A stretch of DNA of 64,000 bases. Origin: Carcharhinus amblyrhynchos (taxonomy: Eukaryota). The notes beneath the pieces were generated by a model. That model did not search any database, was not told the DNA's origin, and saw only the letters and a list, made by a program, of their open reading frames with translations. The first letter of the stretch is position 1. The number at the start of each line of letters is the position of its first letter. The translations under genes and the position numbers were made by a program. The stretch is from assembly GCA_965287045.1 (NCBI GenBank), contig OZ336873.1, positions 103,416,001-103,480,000 on the forward strand, read 5' to 3'. Below are positions 37,173-48,163 of this stretch, piece by piece.

Positions 37173-39129
37173 ACTTTAAGATGTTAACCCAAGCCAAGAT
37201 TGTATTTCCAAAATGATTCACTCCAGAGAGTGTTTTGCTCACTGCACTATGACCTCTTTGTGAGGAGAGGTTCTTTCTCTTCAACAACAAAATTAAACTT
37301 AGGGAAGCACTATGGTATCAAAACAATTAGGGGAGGATGTACTGAAGGAAATGTGCCACTGAAGAGATTCCTTTCATATCATAAACATTGTTATTTTTCC
37401 TACAGAAATGAATATGATTAAAGATCCCACTTTTGTCTGAAGAAAACAAGCATCCTGTTAGACTGCTAACTCCAAAAGAGCTTCCAAAATAACAAAATAG
37501 GTCAAATTAAATTTCCTTCATGCAGAAATGTGAAGAAAACCTCTGGCAGCTCGAAGGAAAAAAGCTGCAGTGTTAATTATGCTGATATCCCTCTTGGGCT
37601 CCTCCTCAATGGTGTAATATATGCTTCAGGCAGGCAATTTTGATAGTGTTCATCTCTTTCATAACTTATGCTGCAGGAAACCTATCATAAGTGAAGTCCC
37701 CATTGTCATAATTGATGACACCTTGATTTAATCAATTCTCCGTCTTTGTGTCCAAAATAAGAATCTAATGGGAGGTTAGAGGAGACTATTTATTGCCAGC
37801 AGGCTTCTGGGACCAATCTAAGTGCAGCTGCCTGCTGCCCGTAAATCTAAACCACCACCGAATCCAGTGCAAATCAAAAGACAATTTGGGCACTGTCAAA
37901 ATTGAATCAAAAAGAATGACTTTGGAAACCAATAGACTGATGCAGGCAAAAATTACCATGTATAGACCCAATGGCACATATTTAACCGCAGTTCTACTCA
38001 TTTGTCATGTGTTTGCTTCGGGCAATGTGTTTCACATTTTCTAGCCTTCATGCTTTAATCACCAACCAGCCTTGATGTGATATTGATGTGATATTTTGTG
38101 TCGACTTTTTTTTTCTATCTCTGCTGCTGAAAGGTCGTTACACACCAATTTTCGCACAAAAATCAGGTTCAGCCAGACTCTTTGCTCACTTTTAATTTTT
38201 AGATAATTTTTTTTCTCCCTGGCTCTTCTATTCATTTGGGAAAATGTGGTAAGTGCAACTTTTGGTTGATATTGCTTTTTGAATTGGAACCTTCAGACTG
38301 GGTTGACAAATGCTTCCTAGAGGTCATTTTATGGGTTTGTGATATTATATGTTTTATTAAAATAATGTCAACAGACATTAGATGAAAGATATGCTTAATT
38401 CTGAATAGCTGAACACTGATTAGAATTTCAGAATATTTCCATTTTTAATTTTAAGTTTACACTATTATCAAATACTGCAAACCAAACTTATACGATTAAA
38501 TAGGGTACCTGCATATATTTTATTGCATCTTTCTGAAAACATAATAAAAAATTAATGGAATTAATTTCAGACTAACATGCTGGAATAGAATCCTGCAAGG
38601 CAAATGACAAATCTTCCAGATCTTTCCTGTCCTCTTTCTTACTTTAGCAGCAAATCTTCAAAGCTAGGGACTGGAATTACCACTTGGGGTACTTAGATTT
38701 GCTGTACTTTAACTACTGCTCTGCATTATCTGCATCAACTTGCTAACCATTGGTAGATTGCTCAGAAGCTTGACAAGAATGAACGCTTGTACTTTTTAAG
38801 TGACTGGCTTTCAATGAGAGAATTATCATGCATTGCTGGGAAAAGGGTGTGCTTTCTACATCCATAGGCATAGCAAGGTAAACATGAAATGTTCTTTAGA
38901 ATAAAGTGCAAGCAGAAGTGTTAACCATCAGAATTAATTCTTTCATAGCTGCACTGCTTAGCCATTGGAATTCCATAATTACATGTCTCTCTCTCTCTCC
39001 TGAGTGACTGGTATCCCAGTAAACATCTGTTGTACTTAGGGAATCTATTTATCCAGCAAGCATTAATCAGATTACCAATCAAGATAAACACAGATGCACG
39101 CTATACAACTAATGGTTGTCTCCAGAAAT

Positions 39130-39245
39130 GCATATGAATATATGTATATAAGAATATATACATATGAATATAAGATGGATATGAATAGAAAATATATAAT
39201 ACATATTTGAATATAAAAATGTATAAATAGAACAGATATGCGTAT
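39130..39245. repeat. AT-rich low-complexity (ATAT/ATGAAT) tract
   Basis: catatgaatatatgtatataagaatatatacatatgaatataagatggatatgaatagaaaatatataatacatat... Confidence 0.85.
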
Positions 39246-39284
39246 GAGCATCTACACTCCTCATCAGTGGAGATATTTTCTATC

Positions 39285-39405
39285 AGAGTTTATTCTGAAG
39301 AAGAATCATACGGACTTGAAATGTTAAGTCTGTTTCTCTCTCCACAGATGCTGTCAGACCTGCTGAGTTTTTCAGTTTTTATTTCATATCTTCAGCATGT
39401 GCAGC
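39285..39405 (+). mobile_element. Penelope terminal repeat with minimal hammerhead-like core
   Basis: ctgaaga(39295)-agaatcatacggactt-gaaa-tgtta followed by tttctctctccacagatgctgtcagacctgctgagtttt. Confidence 0.75.
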
Positions 39406-40024
39406 TTTTCTAAAAATCTTGGGTAGTTTAGGCAGAATGCCCCAGGTCTGACTCTTAAGTGTCTACCGAGATTGATTATCTGAACTGCATTGGCTCAAAG
39501 GGTGTCCAGTGGACTAAGGGGGAAAAGTAAATTGGGCTTCCTGCCCTTGAATCTCTGTTCAAAACTGCCTGAATGGGTTTGCATTTTGTGATGGTGCTCC
39601 TACAGTGGAATAATTTGCCAATGGCCACCGTAGAAAAATAATGGCCGCTAGTGTGCGGTAACGGAGGGTGCTAAGTAGTTGTGGAATGACAAAACTGTCA
39701 TCGGGAGGTAAGAAAGGATCGGGAAAAAAAAGGCAAAATTGGCAAGAAGACAAAAATAACTTCTCTTGAAACAAATAATGTTAATTAGAAATGAAATCCT
39801 TTCCGGTAGGAGACAATCTTTCACTATAGATCACGTTTACATGAAACATTTTTCACCATTGCCGTTTAGTATTTGACAGTGCAGTTCTCATGATCTGTTT
39901 GGGCGCAGTCTGCAGAGTAGAATATGCTTTCATCTCACAACTAACACCTTGTACATTGTGGCAGCCTGAAACTGCAACTTAGACAGCACCTTCCAAACCC
40001 ATGGCCACTAACATCTAGAAGGGT

Positions 40025-40517
40025 AAAAGCAAATTACTCTGGACGCTGGAATTTGAAACAAAACAGAAAATGCTGGAAAGCCTCAGCAAGTCTGACAGCA
40101 TCCGTGGAGAGAGAATAGAGCCAAGGTTTTCAGTCTGTGTGACCCTTCATCAGAACTAAGAGTAAAGGAAATCAGAAGAGATTTATACTATGAGGGTGGG
40201 GGGGGGGCAGTAAATGGACAAAGGGAATGTAAATGATGATGAAGAAGACTGAGAAAGGTGCTAAACATATCCATTAAAAGATCAGAATGTGTGAATGGCA
40301 GAACAGAGGTACAGATTGTAAAGGGACTGCCTGAGGAACGTGGCAGTTCCCTGAAGTGGGAGTGAGGGGGGATGCAAAATGGAGATCGGGAACGGAGAAG
40401 TGGAAAAATGGAAGTGTGATTGAAGGATGATAAAAATGAATGAATGAGATGGAGTGACAAAATGAAATAGTATACAAGGAAATAGGATGAAAGTGGTGGG
40501 GAGATTTCATGTTCTGA
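40025..40517 (-). mobile_element. Penelope-like element 3' end incl. terminal repeat, inserted in a LINE tail
   Basis: Reverse: ttcagaacatga (ORF end) ... ttctgatgaagggtcacacagactgaaaac ... cacggatgctgtcagacttgctgag; host LINE catctagaagg / gaaggacaagggcagcag resumes after it. Confidence 0.8.
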
Positions 40518-42437
40518 AGGACAAGGGCAGCAGCGATATCAACAAGGGCAATTAGGGATGGGTAATCAATACTGGCCCAGCCACCAAGAGTCCACATCTC
40601 AGGCATGGAAATAAAATATGTAATTTATCTCTATTTTAGAGGAATAAAAGATAATAACACAATGGTGTGAGAGTTCCATCTTTGAGTGGGTAAAGGGAAT
40701 TAGGAAAATTCCTGGCCTCATCTGCTCTGTTCTGGGAAAATTGCCCACGAAGATGGGATCGTCATTGTTGAGGAATAGGGTGGACTGCAGTCAGGCCAGA
40801 CAACACTGCAAAGAGGTTGCAAGCAGCCACAGGGGCTGTCAAGTGTTGAGGCATGATGTTTAAAAAGCCCATCTTGGTGCTGTGAGACTTCATCCCAATT
40901 ATAATTGAACCAGAAAAACCTTCAAGACCTCATTTCTCACACCCCACACACACTTCACAAGCTCTTCCAAGTTACCTAAGCCCCTCCATCTGCTTCCCAT
41001 GGCCTTTTATGCATCATGCCTGACAATGCTCCTCCACCTACGCCAACAGCCCCTCATGCCCTCTATGCCATTCTGTAGCACTCCTATGCCCATTAACCGG
41101 TTATATAGAACAAACAGACTCAATGAGGATTATGGGATGTGCAAAAGAATGCTTTAAAAAAGTCATTCATTCATGACTTTCCATTATGTTAAAATGCCAT
41201 TTTACTACAGGGCAATAAAAAAGTCAATCATCTAGTTCCTTTAAAGTATCCACAGCAGAAAATGCAAGTTCTTGAAACCTCTTTGGGTTTGAAAGCCCAG
41301 AAATCCATCAGTCTGTTGAAATGCCTGAGACCCAGGGAAAACATTTGTTGATTGACAACTCTGGTTCTCTGATCTCTAGTGCCAATTGCACAATGTTTAT
41401 TTACATAAGGTAAGGAGATTTCAAGTGCTCTCAGTCTCTTGAATTGAAACTGGTTAGTCAGAGACTGCAGAGTGTGGGCATGTGACCCAAATCTGCCTAT
41501 GCTAGTAAATTCAGGAATGGGGTTGGGCATCTGCCATTTATAAAGGGTCCCAGAACTATCCTAAATTCGCAAAAATCCAGGCCATAATATCTGTCTTGTT
41601 CTGCCATGTTAATAATTTATGTCTATGAGATTTCAGTAAATATGAAATAAAAATGAATATGAAATGACTGATTCTAGCCAGCCATCAAGTCATTCATGTA
41701 AAGAGCTTAGATCTCTTGTTTTCTTTCTGTTTGTTTCTGTTGGGCTGTATTTCATTTGCCCCTGCCAGCCATGTTTTCAGTGGAAGGACATATGAAATAT
41801 GGTCATCTTCCCCCACACCCCTGAGGTCATCCAGTAACACAGCAGATGCATGGGTGCTGAAATCAGCAGACTGCTCACCGTGTTTAAAAATTATAACTAA
41901 GTTTCAATTGAGCTTGATAGCAAGCCAATTGACCAGGATAACATGCAGAAACATTGTTAACATTGAGCAGGCAGGCAAGACTGAATAGGCCATTTTTGGA
42001 TAAGGCTTTTAAAAGGATAGGAAGGAAGGGGAGGAGGTGGGTGTCCAAAATACAGAAGGGGTACCCCCCTTTCCTTTTTTGCCTGCTTGCTGTCCAAATA
42101 ACACCCCCCCCCTTCACCCACCACCCCCAGAAACCCACCATCATTCACTGAGCTGGTCAAACCCTCACCGTTCACTCGCACAGACTTAGGTCTGGGATCC
42201 ATCGGGTCTTCTTGTTGAGATAAAGGTAGTCTCAATATTACAACTATTGAGCTCTCGACACTGCTGAGATTGCTGGAGCTGTTTGTCTATCAAACTGGCC
42301 GGTAACTCCTGAGGGCAGACCTCCTTTCCTGTGAGGGAAAGAGATCCCACTGTTAGCCAATTTGCCCAATTTGGCCATGTTATGGCTGGAGGTCAGGCTT
42401 ACACAGTTCCCATCTCTACTCCCCAACTCCTTCCAGT

Positions 42438-42726
42438 TGGCACAGTGGTTAGCATTGCTGTCTCACAGTGTCAGGGACCCAGGTTCGATTCCCTGTTTGG
42501 GTCACTATCTGTGCACAGTCAGCACATTCTCCCTGTGTCTGCATGGGTTTCCTCCAGGTGCTCCAGTTTCCTCCCACAGCCTGAAAAACGTGTTGTATAG
42601 GTGCATTGACCATGCTAAATTCTCCCTCAGTGTACCCAAACAGGCGCTGGAATGTGGTGACTAGGGGATTGTCACAATAACTGCATTGCAATGTTAATGT
42701 AATCCTACTTGTGACCATAAATAAAC
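42438..42726 (+). mobile_element. V-SINE with Rex1/Babar-like tail
   Basis: ggcacagtggttagcattgctgtctcacagtgtcagggacccaggttcgattcc...cctacttgtgaccataaataaa. Confidence 0.9.
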
Positions 42727-43392
42727 TCTACTTATGAAACATTATCCCACAGTTGCTGGGCATTTGTATAAAGTCCTTTTGGGGATGCATGAAAAACATT
42801 CCTTGAGAAACCATTTTGACTAGTAACAAAACAAAAACAGAAAAGAAGGTTAAACATTTGGGGAAATGTATTGCTTAAGTTGAGTGGATTTGTTTAAAAT
42901 TCATATCTGCATGAAGACCGCTTCAGCAGATTGTGCACGTGAGGTTCAAGTCCAAGGTGCCTAATTTTCAAGCCTTTGGTTTTACTATGATGTCGCAGTG
43001 CTGCTACAAAAAAAATTCATCATTGTTTTCTATCCTCGCACGATGCAGCTTTGAACTGGTAACCCTGGAGATTGAAAATTCTTATACATTAGAACTGAAC
43101 CTCAAGCATATTTAGACATACCAAATAATTGTTTGACTGTAAGAGAGTTAATTACTTTCCAATTAAAGAGCAATCAAAACCAAAAATTGAAAAGAATTAA
43201 ATTAGCTTGAATCCTGTCAGTGTGAAGGATTTACTGGCAATGATCTTGTAGCTGGCTGATCGTGGACCTCGCAGGGAAATGTCAAACGACTGACATTATC
43301 ACCCAATGATTAAAACTGGGCTTGAGTAGAATCCCTGCTTCCAGTTCTCTTCTAAGGAAATATTTTAAAGAGTCTTTGGGTAATAGCATTGA

Positions 43393-43652
43393 AGGTGCTG
43401 AATGGTTAGTACTGCTGCCTCACAGCGCCAGGGACCTGGCTTCAATTCCTGGCTTGGGTCACTATGTGGAGTTTGCATGTTCTCCCTGTGTCTGTATGGG
43501 TTTCTTTCGGGTGCTCCGGTTTCTTCCCTGAAAGACGTGCTGGTTAGGTTCATTGACCTGAACAGGTGCCGTAGTGTGGCGACTAGGGGAATTTCACTGT
43601 AACTTTGTTGCAGTGTTAATGTAAGCCTTACTTGTAACTAATAAATAAACTT
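43393..43652 (+). mobile_element. V-SINE with Rex1/Babar-like tail (short variant)
   Basis: tggttagtactgctgcctcacagcgccagggacc...cattgacctgaacaggtgccg...tttcactgtaactttgttgcagtgttaatgtaagccttacttgtaactaataaa. Confidence 0.9.
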
Positions 43653-43770
43653 TAATTTTACTTTAAGAATTTCAGAATTACTGCATTTCATTCCATTTCA
43701 TTCTGACACGGGCTTCCATTTCTATAGCACTTCTGACCACTGGAGTTCTCAAAACACATCATAGCCAGTT

Positions 43771-44420
43771 CATAGAATCATAAAATTTCTCTAGTGCAGA
43801 AAGAGGCCATTTGGCCCATCAAGTGTGCACCAACAACAATTCCAGCCAGGCCCTATCCCCTTAACCCCATGTATTTACCCTGCTATTGCCCCTGACATTA
43901 AGGGGCAATTAAGCATGGCCAATCAACTTAACTTGGACATCTTTGGACTGTGGGAGAACCAGTAGACGGGCGCCGCAACAGCTCAGTGACTAGCACTGCT
44001 AGCTGTGCAGAAACATGGATTTGGGCCTGTGTCTGTGGGAGTTTGCGCATTCTCCCTGTGGTTGCGTGGGTTTCCTCCAGGCGCTCCGGTTTCCTCCCAC
44101 ACCCCAAAGATGCGCTCTTAGGCTGATTGGTTTACCAAATTGACACTATTCTCCCCTGAATCTGGCTAAGTTAGGGGTTCCTCTCGTAGACACGCAGGGC
44201 AGATTAGGCGTAGGAGGATGCGGCGGCGCGGGCTCGTTGGGCCGAAGGGCCTGTTTCCCATGCTGGATTGTTCTTTGTTCTTTGTTCTAAAACTGGAGCA
44301 CTCAGAGGAAACCCACACAGACACAGGGAGAATGTGCAGACTCCACACAGACAGTTACCCAAGGCCAGAATTGAACCTGGATCTCTGGCACTGTGAGGCA
44401 GCAGCACTTACCACCGTGCT
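43771..44420 (-). mobile_element. HE1-type V-SINE split by a younger insertion
   Basis: catagaatcata tail ... ggactgtgggag [insert] aaactggagcactcagaggaaaccc ... gaggcagcagcacttaccaccgtgc. Confidence 0.9.
43957..44288 (+). mobile_element. 5'-truncated copy of V-domain-containing CR1 3' UTR
   Basis: Matches 53695-54033 (accag.aga.ggg..cc.caacagctcagtgacta.cactgctagctgtgcaga.acatggatttgggcc); CpG-rich; ends gggccgaagggcctgtttccc..(ttctttg)n. Confidence 0.85.
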
Positions 44421-44600
44421 TAGTTAAGTACTTTTGAAATATTGTTGCTGTTGTGGAGTAGGAGATGCAGAAACCAATTTGCGTACAGCAAACTCCCACA
44501 AGACAGATATGAGATCATCATTAGATAATGTTTCTTTGTGATTCAAAGATAAATATTGGCCAGGACCCCAGGAATAACTTCCTTGTTCTTCATCAAAATG

Positions 44601-44851
44601 TGGGTGGCACAGTGGTTAGCACTGCTGCCTCACAGCGCCAGGGACCCGGTTTTGATTCCCGGCTTAAGTCACTGTGTGGAGTTTGCATGTTCTCCCCATG
44701 TCTGCTTGGGTTTCCTCCCACATTCTGAAAGACGTGCTGGTTCAGTGCATTGACTCGAACAGTTACCGGAATGTGGCAACAAGGGGAATTTCACAATAAT
44801 TTCATTGCAGCATTAAGGTAAGCCTTACTTGTGACTAATAAATAAACTTTA
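44601..44851 (+). mobile_element. V-SINE with Rex1/Babar-like tail (short variant)
   Basis: gggtggcacagtggttagcactgctgcctcacagcgccagggacccgg...ccttacttgtgactaataaataaacttt. Confidence 0.9.
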
Positions 44852-45691
44852 AAAAATAGCTCCATGGGATCTGTTACAGGCCCCAAGAAGGCAAATGGGG
44901 CCTTGGTTTAACATTGCACCTAAAAGACAGTGCCCCTGAAAGTGTAGCACTCCCTCAGCACTGCACTGGAGTGTCAGCCTTGATTTTGGTCCTCAAAATA
45001 TGGAGCAGAAATTAACTTAGAGGTCGGAACGTTACGCACTGAACCATGGCTGACATTAGCAGATGGTGATGTGACACAACTAGAACCAAATGCCACAAAT
45101 TCACAGAAATAAATGTGAAAAAACAGATCATTTAAAAAATATTGGACTGTGGTGTTACATTTTAGAATTCGTTGAGACAGCACGCTCAGAAGCTAGAGAA
45201 TGCAGTGTAGCAAATGACACCACTAAAGAATGTGGAGATAATGAGTTGGATTGCTGCTCTCAGCACACTGCCAGTCATTCATTACACTTATCCTCATCCA
45301 GTGGCTTTCTGTGGGAGCTTGCACTGGAATTTATTTAAATTACAGGATTAGAAAGGGCCTCTGATAGAAGATCTGGGACCTGTGTGAACAGGGAAAGCAA
45401 TTGTACATCTCCTTCAACAAAATTGAAGAATTGTTAATGAATAGTTAAGAGGAAACATCAGTTAAAATATTCAATTCAATGTCAAATCAGGTACCAAAAG
45501 TAAATTAAACAGAAGCAAAGAAAATTGGATTGGGGAGGAAGAGATAAAAGTGACAGAAAGAAAAAGTGAAAAAAAATTACATTTTTACAAGATTAATCTT
45601 CAACAGAATTAAAGTTTGAAGAATGAAATGCCATTGACTGAATAACACGTAGCAAAAATGTCCTATTCTGTGCCCGTGCTGGCGTATTAAT

Positions 45692-45990
45692 ACAACAAAG
45701 GACAAAGTACTACACAAGAACAGGCCCTTCAGTCCTTCAAGCCTGTGCCGATCATGATGCCCTAAGTAAACTAAAAAAAATCTTCTACCTTTAATTGAAC
45801 CATATCCTTCTATTCCTTCCCTTTTCATGTACCTGTCTGGATGCCTCTTAAATGTTGCTAATGTGCCTGCTTCCACCACTCCTCTGGCAGTGCATTCCAG
45901 GCACACACTGCTCTCTGTGTGAAAAACATCCCCGCGTACCTCTCATACATTTTTCCCCTCTCACCTTGAACCTGTGTCTCCTTGTAATTA
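45692..45990 (-). mobile_element. CR1 LINE 3' end
   Basis: ITRRHRFKVRGEK / ARGVVEAGTLATFKRHPDRYMKREGIEGYG; (acaaag)-type tail. Confidence 0.9.
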
Positions 45991-46166
45991 TGATGTGGAG
46001 ATGCCGGTGTTGGGCTGGGGTAAACACAGTAAGAAGTCTCACAAATCCAGACTAAAGTCCAACAGGTTTATTTGGTAGCAAAAGCCATTAGCTTTCGGAG
46101 CGCTGCCCCTTTGTCGTGGGCTACCAAATAAACCTGTTGGACTTTAACCTGGTGTTGTGAGACTTC
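45991..46166. mobile_element. Penelope insertion: terminal repeat plus inverted truncated copy, 13-bp TSD
   Basis: gaagtctcacaaatccagactaaagtccaacaggtttatttggtagc ... gctaccaaataaacctgttggactttaacctggtgttgtgagacttc; flanked by ctccttgtaatta at 45978-45990 and 46167-46179. Confidence 0.9.
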
Positions 46167-46599
46167 CTCCTTGTAATTAACATTCGGCAGGATGTCATCA
46201 GGTTACACTCCCGGCATCATCACACCGCAATGTGGTAATATGCTAGGCAAGGGCCCTAGAAATAGGGAGTTTGTCCACTATATTCAAATTGTTTTAAATT
46301 GGATTGTTAAGCTTATTAAAAATCCAACTGACAGCAGCAATACATGCTGGAAGAATAAGGCAGAGTGTGCAGCATGCCAGGAGGGCAACTCACTTTTTGC
46401 ACTGAGTGGTTGTAAGGGCTGGTTTAAAGGCAGAAGCTGGGTCTTTTATTTGACCTCAGAAGCTCAGGCTGTTGTATGAGCACTGTTATCATTTGCTATT
46501 GGAAGGTCTTGTTCTAAGATATACTTTTGCTGTTTTCATGAATGTACGAGCTTGAAGAAATGTGCAGTTATGGTTCCTCAACTTCACCTCAGCCTGTTT

Positions 46600-47749
46600 G
46601 GTTTTAAGAAGGTGGGAAGAGTGGTTTCTCAAAAAAATGCATCTTCCAGTGAGGAGGAGGAGGAAGAGGTTGAGAGGGGGAGAGAGAGAAGGCTAGATGG
46701 TCAGGGCAGGTACACTGGACGTGCACGAGGGAGCAGACCAATGCCGGATAAATAGCTGATGAAGGCAGGATACTGCAATTATGGAGATGCAGAACAAAGA
46801 CTTATGCTATCCATAGGTAGAGAATGAGTTTGAATCAAATATCAGAGATGCAGTGACAGAGCAGATTTAGGGGAATTTTACTGCCCGCCACAGGAATCAA
46901 AGCAAGCAAGGGACGGACAATGGAAAGGTCCGTTGACCTCGGGTGGGATTTTCAGAGCGAGGCCATAAATCCCACCTTCTCCAGAGCCACACTGACCTCT
47001 CTCTGTGCCATGTTGGCAGGGGAGACAGTTTCCAACTGTGTGGGTGCTCAGCCAATGCCAGGAGTGTTCAAGATCATTGAGGCACTGAATTCTTTGAGGC
47101 AGCCTACGGAGACAGTGCATTGTGCACCCTGCTGCTCACCACTGCATGAAGATTTTTACCAATGCAACGTTCCAAAGGGTAGGTCAGTTCAGAGCATGCA
47201 TTCTCCATGGACCAAGTCAACTTATACAAGCCAGAGGTTTCATAGAGATTGCAGATTTCCCCAGGGATCAAGGGAAACATCATCATAAAGGCTAGGCTCC
47301 AGTTGGTTTCTGGCTGACAAGGGTTATTTTTTTGAAGAGATAGCTCATGACACCTGTCAGAGCGTGTGGAATAGGTGCAGTGAGCTTTAATGATACCTAC
47401 AGAAGCACAAGGCCCTTCCTGAAACAGACACTTGGGCTGCTAAAGGTGAAATCACAATTCCTGGATATTCAGGAGGGGTGCTGAAGTCATTCCATCCAAA
47501 GTGTTGCTGAAGTTCCTCCATCCAGAGTGTCGCTGAGGGTCCATTGTGTGCTGTGCTCTCCATAACCTTACTGTTCAGAGAGGTGATGCGCTGGAAGAAC
47601 AGGAGATACAGGATCACCAATCTTGCTCTGATGAAGAGGTTGAAGAAGGGGTGAGGAAATATCCCAGTGGAGAAGAGCAAGGACCTGTACATGGGTACAT
47701 GAATACCTATGACATTTGGGAGTCCTTAATATGGCAGAGGTTCCCGTAG
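46600..47749 (+). pseudogene. Harbinger (HARBI1-like DDE) transposase pseudogene
   Basis: RMSLNQISEMQ..RF; FSRATLTSLCAML..QPMPGVFKIIEALN; AAHHCMKIFTNA; ARGFIEIADFPRDQG; WFLADKGY..LMTP; QTLGLLK; CCALHNL. The segment with the first catalytic Asp (ID.TH) is missing; frameshifts; MITE at ~46870-46955. Confidence 0.85.
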
Positions 47750-48163
47750 GATCAGACATCCCTAGTCTATGAGATTCAGCCTGTTGCTGTCTCAATGTCA
47801 ATCTGCCTGAGAGATTCCTGTCAACACATTCATCATCTTGATACTTCAGGCATTGTTGCATCTTAATGGCCACTACTAAAAATACATAAATCTTTTCTTC
47901 TGCTTTATCATTAATCAATTAAAGGTGAACTAAATTTCTTTATGAAGATTAGGCTTTTCTTTACATATGGCTAATGGCATCACTGAGGGATACATGAACA
48001 AAATTCATCTGCGTGAACCTGTTTGTTACTACTGTGGATCTTTAAAAGTTCTTCTCCATGCGCACTGCATGTAGTGCCACAGACCACCACCCTCCCCACC
48101 CCCCCCCCCCCACCCCATCCCGCCTCCTCTTGCACCAATCTCTTTCTCTGCCCTGACTTGCTG

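Larger units (their letters stand above)
43715..45055 (-). mobile_element. Deu-domain SINE broken into three pieces (43715-43770, 44421-44600, 44852-45055)
   Basis: Pieces join as catttctatagcac..agccagtt / aagtacttttgaa..ggccaggaccccagga..gttcttcatcaaaa / tagctccatgggatc..agtgtagcactccctcagcactgcactggagtgtcagcct..cactgaaccatggctgaca. Confidence 0.85.

Noticed and set aside
46600-47749. Domesticated HARBI1-like host gene
   Set aside because: Frameshifts, stops, a MITE insertion and loss of a catalytic segment.
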